Positions 50,714-64,000 of a stretch of DNA of 64,000 nt are shown here, in pieces; position 1 is the first letter of the stretch; each line of letters begins with the position of its first letter. A program made the translations under genes and the position numbers. The notes under the pieces are model-generated. The model worked only from the letters and a program-made list of their open reading frames with translations, ran no database searches and had not been told where the DNA came from. The DNA is taken from NCBI GenBank assembly GCA_010356995.1, contig ML996698.1, positions 555,923-619,922 of the forward strand, in the 5' to 3' direction. This stretch comes from Trichodelitschia bisporula (lineage: Eukaryota).

Positions 50714-51520
50714 TTAACCGTCTCCTCGTTTCTTCGTGTCGGGTTTTGACTTCACGATGACAGGCACCGCTATAACCAACGCCACAACCCCCGTCACTAG
50801 GAAGAAATTGACGATCATACTCCCTCCGACCCTCTCCTCATCCAAGCCGCTCATCCTCCCGCGTTCCGCACGCGTCTCCCGCCACTTTCTGATCGATTCA
50901 TGGGTCCGGAAATGCCCCGCGCGGTCCCAATGCGGTATGAATGGCTCAGGTCCGGGCACCTCCTGGCCGAAACCCATTCCACCTGTGCTACCGGACCCCG
51001 CGGACTCAGCCTTCGTCTGATGCTCCGTTCGCTTCGCACTGTGCGCCCCATACCCCCCGCTTCTGTAGAAACTCGGTGGCGGCCCCTTGAACTGGGTGCG
51101 TCGCCTGCTCAAGCCACTTGCAGGACGGGAGCCCGCCGGACCAGCCGCGTGCGAGCTATGACTGCCAGTCGGGTGAGTGTGCCGGTGATGTACCGGACGA
51201 GTGAATTGGGCGTCATATTTGGCGCGCGCGGCCGGGGAAGACAAGACGTGGTAGGCTTCGCTGATGGCGACAAACTTGGAGGCGCTGGATGGGTTGCCTG
51301 GATTGCGGTCGGGATGGTGGAGCTTAGAGAGGGTATAGAATTGCGACTTTATCTGTGCGGGTGTCGCGTGTGGAGGGACGGAAAGAGTGGCGTAGTGGTC
51401 TGGGGGACTGGCGTCGGCAGAGAGCGCGAGGGTAGGGTGAAAAAAGCGGCATTGAAAGTATGAGGCAGGGTTTCGCTGTGGAAGAGACAGTAGGCAAAGG
51501 GGTCGAAGATGGGGTGTCAT
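50714..51520 (-). CDS. Mitochondrial J-domain protein with a C-terminal TM segment (DNAJC4/DNAJC30-like)
   Basis: Presequence-like MTPHLRPLCLL..RFFHPT, J domain DHYATLSVP..LSKLHHPDRN..ISEAYHVLS, hydrophobic C-terminal helix. Intronless. Confidence 0.88.
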   Translation of the reverse strand: MTPHLRPLCLLSLPQRNPASYFQCRFFHPTLALSADASPPDHYATLSVPPHATPAQIKSQFYTLSKLHHPDRNPGNPSSASKFVAISEAYHVLSSPAARAKYDAQFTRPVHHRHTHPTGSHSSHAAGPAGSRPASGLSRRRTQFKGPPPSFYRSGGYGAHSAKRTEHQTKAESAGSGSTGGMGFGQEVPGPEPFIPHWDRAGHFRTHESIRKWRETRAERGRMSGLDEERVGGSMIVNFFLVTGVVALVIAVPVIVKSKPDTKKRGDG

Positions 51521-51897
51521 GTTGTATTGCCTTGGATATGCTGACGTTTGGGGGGCGGTAAAGAGACCGTAACCGGCGGTATTTACCGGCGGTATGATGC
51601 ACAGGTGCGTTGCTGGACAACAAGTCGCATCTAATAGACTATTACAAACAGTTGGAGCAGCGTGGGAAGGCTGGTTGTGCAATGGAGGTGAGGTAAAGGG
51701 AGAAGGGGTATGGAGCGCTGCGGATCGTACATTGGTTCCCCGAGCTGTGGAAAGCAACGTCATGCTGTCCTTCGGCAAAAAGTTTCCCAGCGCCACCACC
51801 ATCCCCGACGGCGAATCGACCCCCGCCCGCACACCCCCGCCTTCAAAACCAGCGCAGCATCCCAACCCACGCCCCAGCATTGCGCTCAACTGTAACC

Positions 51898-53537
<1,640 letters not shown>

Positions 53538-54029
53538 CATAGTATTGTACTTCTGAAACACGCAGTACAACGGTAGGTATGAAGTATCTTTCGATGAATC
53601 TACTACGTAGAAGGAGATCTGTCGGTCCTTTTGCAATGTCACTGGAACCTGAAAAGGGTCATCGTTCGCTTAAAATATTTATCGTATGATGAACTACGAA
53701 TCTTATGACGCTGCTTTTGAAGAATGACATGAAATTGAAAGTCTCAACGAAAAAGGGTTTCAGTCAGCATCATGAAGCTGAGAAGGCCCAGACCCTTTTG
53801 TGTGGATACCAAGCACGTCAACTTCCCCTTGGTCTGTGCACTTGTGCCCAGTTTGACCCTTGAGTGGGCTGAACGTGTCCCATGTTCGCGCGAGCCACAC
53901 GGCCGCCCCCGGCGCCACAATTCCAATTGCTCCTCACCCCTCTGCGCTCAACGTGGAGCTCTCGACATCGACATCTCGCTCTCCGCAACCACCAATTCAT
54001 TATCTGTAGCAGCCTGCTTGTACCTTGCA

Positions 54030-55224
54030 ATGCAGTCTACTACGAAGACGGTTGCGCCCAGCACCGGCCAGGACTCCGCCCAGCATGACTTCTTCTGGAC
54101 CTACACGGAGGAGCCGCATCGCTCCAGGAGGCAAGCTATCATCAAGGCTCACCCTGAGGTAATGGACGCTCCCCAGTTCCTATGTCAAGACTCTAACAGC
54201 AGAACAGGTTACGAAGCTTTGCGGACCAGAACCCCTCACCAAATATGTCGTCTCTGGAGTCGTCGCCCTCCAGGTCCTTTGTGCATACCTCCTCCGAAAC
54301 ACGCACCCCATATCGTGGCCCTTTTTTCTGACCGCCTATGCCATTGGCGCTACCGCGAATCAGAACCTGTTCCTGGCAATCCATGAGATCTCCCATAATT
54401 TGGCGTTCAGGTCCCCTCGGGCAAACAGATTGTTTGCCATATACGCGAACTTGCCTATCGGAATACCCTATAGTGCATCGTTTAGGGTATGGTGGGAATG
54501 CGCGCCGTGGGAATCTGGCTGACTGTTGTAGCCGTATCATTTGACACACCACAAGTCGATCGGTGTCGATGGACTTGATGTTGACCTCCCGACCTCTCTC
54601 GAAGCCGTCTTCTTTGACTCTGTCCTCGGCAAGGCCTTCTTTTGCACCTTTCAGATTTTCTTCTACGCCCTGCGCCCGATGATGATTTACAAACTGCCCA
54701 TAACTGGCATTCACATCCTCAACATCATTGCCCAAGTTGTGTTCGACATCATCTTGGTCAACACCATCGGCTGGTACTCGTTTATCTACCTACTGATGAG
54801 TGCCTTCCTTGCGGGCTCGCTGCATCCGTGCGCCGGCCATTTCATTGCCGAACACTACGTATTTGAGAAGCTAGGTCCGGAAGCCAAGGTCGCCGACAAC
54901 AAGATTCCGGTCACCGAGACGTATTCCTACTACGGGCCACTGAACTTCTTCACGTATAACGTTGGCTTGCACAACGAACATCACGACTTCCCCGCCATCC
55001 CTTGGACACGGCTGCCGACTTTGAATCGCATCGCGAGAGAGTTCTATGACGATTTGCCCTACCATAAGAGCTGGGTGAATGTCATCTGGCAGTTCATTTG
55101 GGATGACGATGTGTCGCTGTGGTCTCGCGTCAAGCGGACCGAAGGCGGTCGCAAAGTTGGAGGCTGGAGAGAGGATGAGCTGGGCGCCAACGAGACGAAC
55201 CGGCCGATACCAGGCGTAAAATGA
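54030..55224 (+). CDS. DES1: Sphingolipid delta(4)-desaturase
   Basis: DFFWTYTEEPHRSRRQAIIKAHPE and three His boxes (HEISH, HLTHH, HNEHH). Two introns. Confidence 0.96.
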
Positions 55225-55344
55225 TGGGTGGCCCTGCATGGTATTGACTGGCGTTTGGATGGATCTTGTCGGCATTAAAAATATACTCAATTTCATCCAT
55301 GGCAAAGCGAATGCTAATCTGAAGAACCAGTCCAAGTCGTCCCC

Positions 55345-57800
55345 CTAACATTTTCTCCACACGCCTCCGATCCGGTTCAGTACAGACCCAAACAGTGCGC
55401 TGTCATCCCAGTATCCCATGAGCCCTACCAGGGTCCACTTCTCTCCATCTTCCGGAGGCTTTTGTACCACTTTCTTCATTCCAGTCGGTAATTTGCCGGC
55501 ACCCCACGCCTTCCAGAGCAACGCCTGGCCAGTCTGGTCTCCGAACTTGTCGAAGAAAGCCAGACCGGAAATCATTCCGGAGTCCGGCACGTAGTAGACC
55601 TCGATTTGGGCAATATCTAAGCCCATGGCGTCCTCAGCAGACTCGGGGATCTTGCCGCTCGGACGATAGATCTTAAAGCGGGACGGCTGGTCAAAATGCG
55701 GCCTCCCAGTGTGCACCGCACAGCCATCCGCCTTCAGCTCCGTATCGTTGACGAAACGGAATCCAATGGCGCCAATGCAACCGTCTGCGGCCTTGGAGAA
55801 GCGACTCGCGCTGTTCCACTTGTGGTGGTGATGTGCGTGGATACTGAAGTTGCATAGGATGTTGCCATGGTCACGCCGCTCGTTAAACTCAAGAGAGACG
55901 AAGTGCCTGTAGGTGCCGTGCGGCTTGCCCTCATCGCCGGTCATTTGGGCGAAGAGATCTTCATTGTGCGAGAAGGACTGCACAACCGCTGACGCCGGAT
56001 CACGGGACAGAGAGTCGTGCGCTGCATCGTTGTACGCGGGAATCGGCAGCCTCTCGCGCAGCACTTCAGGGAAGGCGTAGTTGGGCCGTTTCATCCGTGT
56101 CTTGCCTGTCTTGCCATCGAAGTCGGCATAGGCAAGGTCGGGATGATTGACTAGCCGGGCAGCTTCTTCGGTGATGAGCGTCATGGCTTCACGGCACAGG
56201 AGGCGCGCTTCATTGAGGGCAGTCGGGTCTAGTGGGATCGGCTCTCGTGATGCATTGTTCGCGGCCAAGTCGAAGTCCAGGGAAATGAGTGGGTCGTCTA
56301 CGTGGAAGGTGTCGGATCGACCAGGACATCCTTCTTCATTTGTTTTCAAAATAGCCCTTTCGAGCGGACTTAGGCCCTCCCTTGCCAGAGGAGTTTGTGG
56401 CATAGGGGAAAGAACTTGGTTCCTACCAAACGGCACCGGCTTCTTGATTATCACATCGGACTTGACAGGATCTCTGGCTCTCCACTTTGACATATCTTGC
56501 ATGACTGCGCGATGTTAGCGGATGGTGGAACTGGTGGGAGGCAGCCCTACTCGTGTCAATCTGCTTCCACAGCTTCTTGTACGCCATCAAAGCATCGAAC
56601 AGATCGGTAGTATACACGCTACAAGGGGCATAATTAAGGATGAGATTCTTGTCTCCGAACTTCGGGTTCTCGGCCATCTCCTTGTACCGCCACTCCTGGA
56701 ATGAGCGTAACGATGTATAACGCGTCAGAATCGCCGAAGTCTTCGATGAGCATCGCGCAACCATGGAAGGGAAGGCATGCGCTACGGCCATCACGGATGA
56801 GATGGTCCATGGTGCCTCGGGCTTCTTAACTTCGCCACCGCCGGCCCAGTTTACGGATATGGTGATTTCGGTATCCTGGAGGAGCTCTGCGTGCTGCTTC
56901 TCGACCGATTCAGATCCACCGACAGATAACGGGGACGGCCCAACCGCGAGCTGTAGATCGATCGATTGCTTCACTTGCCGGACTTTGCTCTTGTCTTGGA
57001 CGCTAACCGATATCACGGCATTGAATTCGCCCCCTTCCAGAAAGCCTAGTAATGACCGTCAGGCCTTCCCGATCTCGTAGAAATTTAGCTTACCGGATAC
57101 GAAACAATCGCCATATATCTCAGTGAAGCTTTCTGGGGGGATGTTTTCGATTGGCTGGAATTCCATCACGTCCGGCTCGACTCGCGAGTTGTTGTTCACC
57201 TTCACGCTGACGAGATAGTTGAGCTGACTTTCCAGGACTTTACTCTCGTTTACGAAGCCGGCACTGGCATTCCCATGGATGGTACCATACTTGATCGATA
57301 TGGCTGTTGAGATGTTGAGAGCGTCCATGATGTCGCTGACGTTCTCGATTGCCCGCGTGGAGAATGTGACATTCTGGCTCGGATGGACTAGCGGAGCCGG
57401 CACTAACGTAAAGGGTAGATTTGTTGCAGTTGATGAGGGGTTGTACAAAGCCTCTTCCGCACTTGCGATAAGCTTCATGTTGGTCGATCCGTTGGCTAGT
57501 TCCTTAGGAGCGATGCCGTTGGTGGGTCCATTGTGACCAGTTCCGTTAACTTCGGGGACACTCGGTACGCTCGTGTCCGGATCTTCGACTCCAACTTCGG
57601 GCTTTGAGACTTCGGCTTTTGAGACTTGTTCATTCTCTGGGTTGTGGAGCACGATGCGCACCGCACCCTGCAGTCTTGGTTCGTGGGTGTAGGAGTTGAA
57701 CCCCTGTCCTGCCGAATATTTAGCCCAAAGTTAGCACGCAACACAGCCTTGGGACAATACCGAGTCTCAACTCGTTGGAGTAAGGGGCGGTAAGCGACAT
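55345..57800 (-). CDS. Uncharacterised ~769-aa protein; putative MACPF/CDC-like N-terminal domain and jacalin-like C-terminus
   Basis: Exons 57800-57761, 57708-57094, 57045-56551 and 56504-55345 join to 2310 nt in frame. Begins MSLTAPYSNELRLGQGFNSYTH; contains FTEIYGDCFVSGFLEGGEFNAVISV. The gene model is well supported; the domain calls are inference. Confidence 0.78.
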
Positions 57801-58380
57801 TTTCACGAAGACCTAGCACGTAATATGCAGATTTAACAGACATGACCGTAGAGGAAACGAGCCTAGATATAGTAGTCTACCGTAGCGTCGCTGTCCGCTG
57901 TAGCGTCGCTGTGTCCGCGAGGCTGACGCTCAGCTGAACCCAGCTTGGCTCCAAAGCTGAGCTGCGGCCCTGCCGTGATTATGCATCCACCCCGGTAATG
58001 CGGGGAGGTTGGCGCGGGAGAACCAATTCGATAAGCTAGAAGTGGATGCAACAGCAAGGTTCCAATCTAGGCTCTTCGAATGGAATAGTCCCTACAATGC
58101 GAGGCTCAGGTGGGGCACAAATCACGAGGCAACGGGCGCTGCACTCGCCTCAGCGTCAGCCCACGCACTGGGTCATTTGTTGCTCACGGAGGGCCTGAAA
58201 ATGAGGTGCAGAATCATGGCAGAGCTGAGTTTGAGACAGTTAAAGCTGAAGGGTTCCACGACTGGAGAAGTAACGTTCTAGAATCCCATATCAAAGGTCA
58301 TGATTTCCCATCGGAGGGTTGTCAACCAACACCAACTCCGGGATGTCGAGGTACATAAACAGCCACGGCAGCCACCCTAC

Positions 58381-59473
58381 CTAAAAAATGACCCAAAACA
58401 ACGATGCGGCTAAACCGCCGAGTGCGGAACCGGATAGTAAAATTCTCCCAGCCCCCCCGGTGGCCTGCTGTACCGAGGGGGACGGAGAGCTCACGCCGTT
58501 CACGCCGCCCATGCCGGTGGCGATATAACCTCCCAACCCTTCACTCGTACCGGTAGGAATAGCCTCCTCAGTGACCACCGACGTGCTCGTACGCTTAGGA
58601 CCTCCAGTGACAGCGGCAATCGGCCCACTCTGGGAAGCAGTCGTAGTTGTCGGAGCGGACGTCTTCGCCCCCTTGGCCTTTGGCAGCGTGGAAATCTCCG
58701 TCTCGGTCAATACGAGTACCTGTCCCTGTGCTCCTGCCGGCGCATTCGCGACCCTGGCACAGCTTTGCCAGGCGACCTCCCTCGATTTCAACATGGCCTC
58801 CCAGCCAGACGGGTACCCGTTCATTTTTACATCGGTGGTGAAGAATAGGCCATATTTGTCGCCTCCGGTGGGCGTTGCGAGGGGCGGCTGGGTGAGCTTC
58901 GACGTTTCATCGGTCGGCCAGGCTATATCGGTATTGGCCACGCATACGCCCTTGCCGTTTATGGTTGTGGAAACACTGCCCGTAAGGTGGTAGGCGCTGG
59001 CCCAGTTGATCGTGGCGCTGGGGTAGGTGCTGCATCTCTTGATCAGAACATGGTTTTGATGAGACGCGGACAGTACTAACAGTGTGATTATCCCCTGCCC
59101 CACTCTGCTATACGTCGCAATCGCTATGCCTTCGCTGTTGGTTGGTGGCTGCTTGACTACGACCGCACTTGCTGGCAATGTGACCCTGGATGTGACCGTC
59201 TTCGTGGTGTGATTTTCCTCGTCGACTATCAAAATCACCTTGTCGGTGACTGTTGTAGGGAGTGCTATGGATGTCCATGAAGTGACCCAGGGGATGGGTG
59301 CTTCTACTGTGCACTCTCCTCCACAGGAACCAGCAGAAGAAGTAGCCGCTGCTGCAACTAATATTACTTTGGTGTTAGGATTCTATTTGCAGGTACAAAA
59401 CTCAGGGCAACGTACAGTGTACTCCCACGAGCAGTGACAGGACTCGCAATAATTCGAGAGATGGAGAACGCAT
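58381..59473 (-). CDS. Secreted, probably GPI-anchored Thr-rich protein with 4 Cys
   Basis: Signal-like exon 1 (MRSPSLELLRVLSLLVGVHF), intron, then AAAATSSAGSCGGECTV. A second probable 51-nt intron. Hydrophobic tail GGAGRILLSGSALGGLAASLFWVIF*. Confidence 0.75.
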
Positions 59474-60986
59474 GGCTACCCCAAACGAAAGCGTATATGG
59501 CGCAAAGGATGGACAAGCAACGCGAACAAGAACTATAACGAATTCAATTTAATATGGCAAGCTTGACCTCTCACAGGCATGGTGGGACAAGGCGTCCTAT
59601 GCAGGCGCCATGACGGACTCCTATTTACCGTAGCCGCTTAGCCTCACCGGATTCCCCGTCTTCGTGTGCGGCTACACTTTATGCAGGCTAGCAGTTGCAC
59701 CCGGGACGGTTAGGCTCATATCGTGCAAGAGAGAGGTGAGAGGCTCCGCCATCTCACTAGCACCTCGGGCGCTTAGTTCCACTGTCGCAGGGCGCGTTCT
59801 TAAATTGAAAGGAGGGCTGCTGTTGCTAGCGGCCCTCGTATCCCTGCTGCCGCACCGTTGTCCCGGTAAGCCTCCGGGGCTTGTGGCTGGGCAGGAGTAC
59901 AGTAAGGCTGGGCTGAGTGCACACGTTCTTTGATATCACGACTTCTGATTATTTGATGATACCCCTGTGGTGTCGCGCATATGATGAATATGACCAAGCT
60001 GCAACGCTGGAATGGAAAGTTAAGTTTTCCCAGAAGCTGGAGGATATCTGGCAGACAACTGCCCGTCGTATTGAGGCGCATAAGTAATCTGTTGCTGGCC
60101 AAGGGCCGTACCACGTTACTCGTTTCATGGGACGCCTTTGGAAGACATATGACGGAGGCGGGACTATTTCTTGGGCATCAATGTCGAAAGAGCTCGATAC
60201 CGAAAAGATGCCTTAGCGCAGTTGCCACACAGACATGCCATGTCACAGCCATCACCGGTGGTGTCGGGGACAACACCACTTCCTTCCTGTCTGTGCAACC
60301 GAGGAGCTGGCGGTGCACGCGTACGGAAATTGTGCTGGTAAATTGCACTTTTCCAATTACGATGAAGAAAGTACATTCAGCTGCTGTCGAGTAAGATCTG
60401 ATCAAGCTCGCCCTTCTTAGAGAGCATAGTTGCTGAACCAATGGCGAAAGAGGTTCGGAAGGGAGGTTTTGGGACAACATGGTGAGGAAGGAGGCCATGG
60501 TGTATAGATCTGAGCTGGTACGAGCAGGTCGAGCAGGTAGAGAAGGGGAGAAATGGAGAAGTGAAAGCTGCCGAGGACCTTGGACCCTTTTATGTTGTGA
60601 AGTTCAGGCACAGCAGCGCACGGTTAGTGGTGATCCATTATTGACGCGCTTCCGGCGTCTTATACAAGGTTGTCCAGTCGTCATCAGATTTCCGCGAGTG
60701 CTCTATTGACCGTAAGAAAGACTAGCGTTTCAGCCTTGATACGGAAGGAACCAACCAAGCCTGCGAGCAATCGCATAAATACTTAGTAAGTTTGAGTGAC
60801 GTCATTGGGCGACGTTGAGAGCTTCCATATCACGTGTGTGGGGTGGAAGTAAGGTATGGCCGATATCGCCCAAGCTTTATTCCCAGGATGCGCTTGACGG
60901 TCTTGACCCACGACATAGAAGCCGTTCCTACCCCACCCCCCCCCCCCATTATTCTTCAAAGCCCATACCGTAGTGAAGCTAACGTC

Positions 60987-62586
60987 ATGGCATCTCTTGC
61001 AAAGGTATTTCTGTCACGCCGATGTCCGTACCGTTTCCGGTTGCATCCAGCCATTTGGATATCCCATCTGACGTCCATATCTAGCCCGATGACTGGGTCC
61101 CTCAACCTGGAGAATGGCCCGTTGACCCGCAAGAAGACGTGCCAATCTCAGACGAGCGCATCTGGGTAGATGGTTGCTTTGACTTTGCCCACCATGGTAC
61201 AAACCCCGCATGCCCACACTCGAGGAGCCCTGAGGGACCGGGCACTTTGACCGGGAAGATGAACATATTGGGCTGACAGAGCACAAGGCCATGCCGGAGC
61301 TATGCTTCAGGCACGCCGCCTAGGCAACGAGCTTTTGGTCGGCATTCATTCCGACGAGGCCATTCGCGAGCACAAGGGCCCTACGGTCATGACCTTGGAC
61401 GAACGGTACGGCCTTCGGCAGGCACTACTACGCGCTCTGAGCTAACATCAAAACCAGTGTGGCCGCTGTATCTGCCTGTCGCTGGGCCACCCTCCCCGTC
61501 CCATACGCCCCGTATGTCACACAGCTGAGCTGGATCACTCACTATGGCGCCCGTTACGTCGTACACGGCGACGACATTACGTCCGACAGCAGTGGTGAGG
61601 ACTGCTACCGTTTCGTTAAGGCGGCGGAGCGTTTTAAAGTCGTGAAACGCACACCTGGTATCTCAACGACCGACCTCGTCGGGCGTATGCTACTATATAC
61701 CAAAACGCACTTCATCCGTTCGTTTGAGGCAGTACTAGATGGCAAGGAAGGCAGCGGCAGCGACGAAGAGAGGAAGGTCCGGGGCAAAGAGATGAAGACC
61801 CGCATAGCCGAGTATGCGAGTGATGCATCTGGACACAACCCTTGGTGCGAGGTGTGTACGTGGAGGGCCAATGTAGACGTTGACGGCGGTGAGATATCCC
61901 AAATGGTGGCGGGGCGTGGGCCGCAGCCGGGGCAGCGTGTGGTGTACGTCGATGGCGGGTTCGACCTGTTCTCATCCGGGCATATTGAATTCTTGCGCCG
62001 GGTGGTTGGTACGGAACTGGAGCGAGCGCGCACATCGGGATGGTATGATGAACAGGCGACGGAAAAGCGGAAACTGGAAACAGAGTCAGACTACGAGCCT
62101 GTCTTTGTGGTTGCTGGGGTTCACGACGATGAGGTGATCAACCGGCACAAGGGGGTTAATTACCCCATCATGAACATCTTCGAGAGAGGATTATGCGTGT
62201 TACAGTGCAAGGTATGGAGGCATAGATAGGCTATGTTAGGACTTGCTGACCGCGCCTAGTACATCAACGCCGTCGTCTTCTCCGCTCCCTTCGCGCCAGT
62301 GGCCTCGTATCTGAAAGCCCTTCCCCACGGCATACCTGACGCCGTCTACCATGGTCCAACAGACTTCATGCCGACGGAACTGGACCCGTACGCCGACGCG
62401 CGGCAGTTGGGCATCTTCTGTGAGATCCCGCACCACCCTTACTCGGAGATCAACGCCAGACAGATCGTCGAGCGCATTCTTAAAAATCGTTCTGAATTTG
62501 AGGCTCGACAGAGGGCCAAGGGGTTCAAGGCGGAGCTTGAGGAGAAAATCCTGCAGCAGGAAGCGGAACAGGCGACGGCGATATAA
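60987..62586 (+). CDS. ECT1: Ethanolamine-phosphate cytidylyltransferase
   Basis: MASLAK|PDDW..RIWVDGCFDFAHH|GHAGAMLQA, KRTPGISTTDLVGR, second domain YVDGGFDLFSSGH, NYPIMNIFERGLCVLQCK. Four introns. Confidence 0.95.
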
Positions 62587-62838
62587 TTCACGTGCACAGT
62601 GGTCGGAGTTGGACGGCGCAGTTCACGTTAGATGGCAGAATGGGGAGTTTCAACCCGCATCCGGAGGGAATATAATTCAACTCATTTCTCTAATCATGGC
62701 GAGTCTCCCGCTGGTTGGCTGCTCTGCAGCCTCTATCATTCTTTCCTAGCCTACGAACAGGGGTTGAGTTACTCGAGGAAATTCAAAGTACCCAAGAGAC
62801 CAAAAAGAATACTTGGATAAAGCAAGACGTCGGGGTAT

Positions 62839-64000
62839 CTACAACTTGGCCTTTGGTTTCTCTGACTTCAGCATGGCTTCGGCCACTAGACGGCGCTGAA
62901 TTTTGCCCGTTGCCGTCTTGGGCATGTTGTCTGTAAAGAAAATCTGCCCCAGATTAGCCTCACAGCCCTCCAAGATGGACATCAGTCTCGTGGCATACCT
63001 TTTTGGGCACCTTGAACTTGGCGACCCTTTCGGTAACCCACTTCCTCAGCTCATCCGCGCTGACTGTCTCGCCATCCTTGAGGACCACAGCAACTCCTAC
63101 ATCCTGTCCATAGTGCTCATCTTCGATGGCAAAGCTCACCGCCTCTCCAACAGCTGGATGTTGCGCAAGCACATTGTCCAGCTCAATCGGACTGATCTTC
63201 TCGCCACCTTTGTTAATCAATTCCTTGATCCGTCCCGTGATGAAAACATAACCATCGGCATCCTTCTTGCCCTGATCTCCGGTGCGGAAGAAGCCGTCCT
63301 TGGTGAAAGAGGAAGCGTTCGCCGAGGGGTTGTTCAAGTATCCGGGGGTGACATTCTCACCACGAATGCAAATTTCCCCCTCGGATCCAGTGGGGACCTC
63401 GGCACCAGCAGCGTCGAGGATGCGCACATCAACACCCTGTCCCAGGCCCACACTGCCCGGTATGCGCTTGCCAGGAGGAAGCGGGTTTGACGTCATTTGA
63501 TGGGCAGCCTCTGTCATGGCATAGGCCTCAAGCACGGGTGCATGGAGTGCTTTTTCCAAGTCGTGGAAGACCTTGGGGCTGAGTGGCGAGGAGCACGAAC
63601 GGATGAACCTGATGTTTGGTTTAGGGTTGGGGATTTCGCCTTTAAGCAGGATTTGATGCATGGTGGGCACTGCGGTGTACCAGTTGGCGCCATACGTGAT
63701 GAAGTCACGCCAGAAGTCCGAGGCGGAGAACTTCGGAGGCACAATGACAGAGGAGGCAGCGGCAAGAGGTGCGAGGAAACCGGCCAGAAGACCATGGACA
63801 TGGAATAACGGCATTACGAGATATGTCCGGTCCGCAGGTGTAAGCGCGTAGGTGTTCTTGATGTTTTCTGTAACGCAATTAGAGTGGCAATCAGAGCGAC
63901 GACTGATAAGTATCTTTCATACTCATTGTTCTGGTCAAGTTGCGGTGGGTCAAGGGGACAGCCTTGGGCCGTCCAGTTGTGCCACTCGTGTGGAGTACCA
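62839..64000 (-). CDS. PCS60: Peroxisomal acyl-CoA synthetase / oxalate-CoA ligase (Pcs60-like); 5' end outside the window
   Basis: LHTSGTTGRPKAVPL, MPLFHVHGL, EAYAMTEAAHQ, FRTGDQG, GRIKELINKGGEKISP, PKTATGKIQR. C-terminal PTS1 -AKL*. Confidence 0.94.

Noticed and set aside
53686..53781. ATGATGA..CTGA possible box C/D snoRNA between MAP2 and DES1
   Set aside because: No terminal stem and no recognisable rRNA complementarity; this is AT-rich terminator-region sequence.

Overview
Gene-dense eukaryotic DNA from a filamentous ascomycete (Pezizomycotina), judged from short GT..CTRAY..YAG introns and the gene families present. I reconstructed 26 spliced protein-coding genes by hand; most entries in the ORF track are exon fragments or antisense shadows. 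There is one tRNA-Asp(GTC) and a few simple repeats. I saw no transposon, rRNA or CRISPR signal. Most genes are conserved housekeeping or signalling genes: RPL31, TRAPPC2L-like, complex I PSST, KEX1, GET1, RSP5, an ABC1 kinase, CRZ1, PalA, ATX1, a UBX protein, SCS2/VAP, VDAC porin, a J-protein, MAP2, DES1, ECT1 and PCS60. Three observations stand out. (1) The VDAC porin gene has a 159-nt, stop-free, in-frame intron with weak splice signals that can fold into a multi-branch RNA structure. (2) An uncharacterised ~769-aa protein has a MACPF-like Y-G-x-x-F-x6-G-G signature and a jacalin-like C-terminus, making it a candidate pore-forming lectin. (3) A Pth11-like 7TM receptor domain is fused in one reading frame to a FucP-type MFS sugar transporter, with two uORFs upstream; the ORF track misses most of this gene. 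Family assignments come from motif recognition only; no searches were run.
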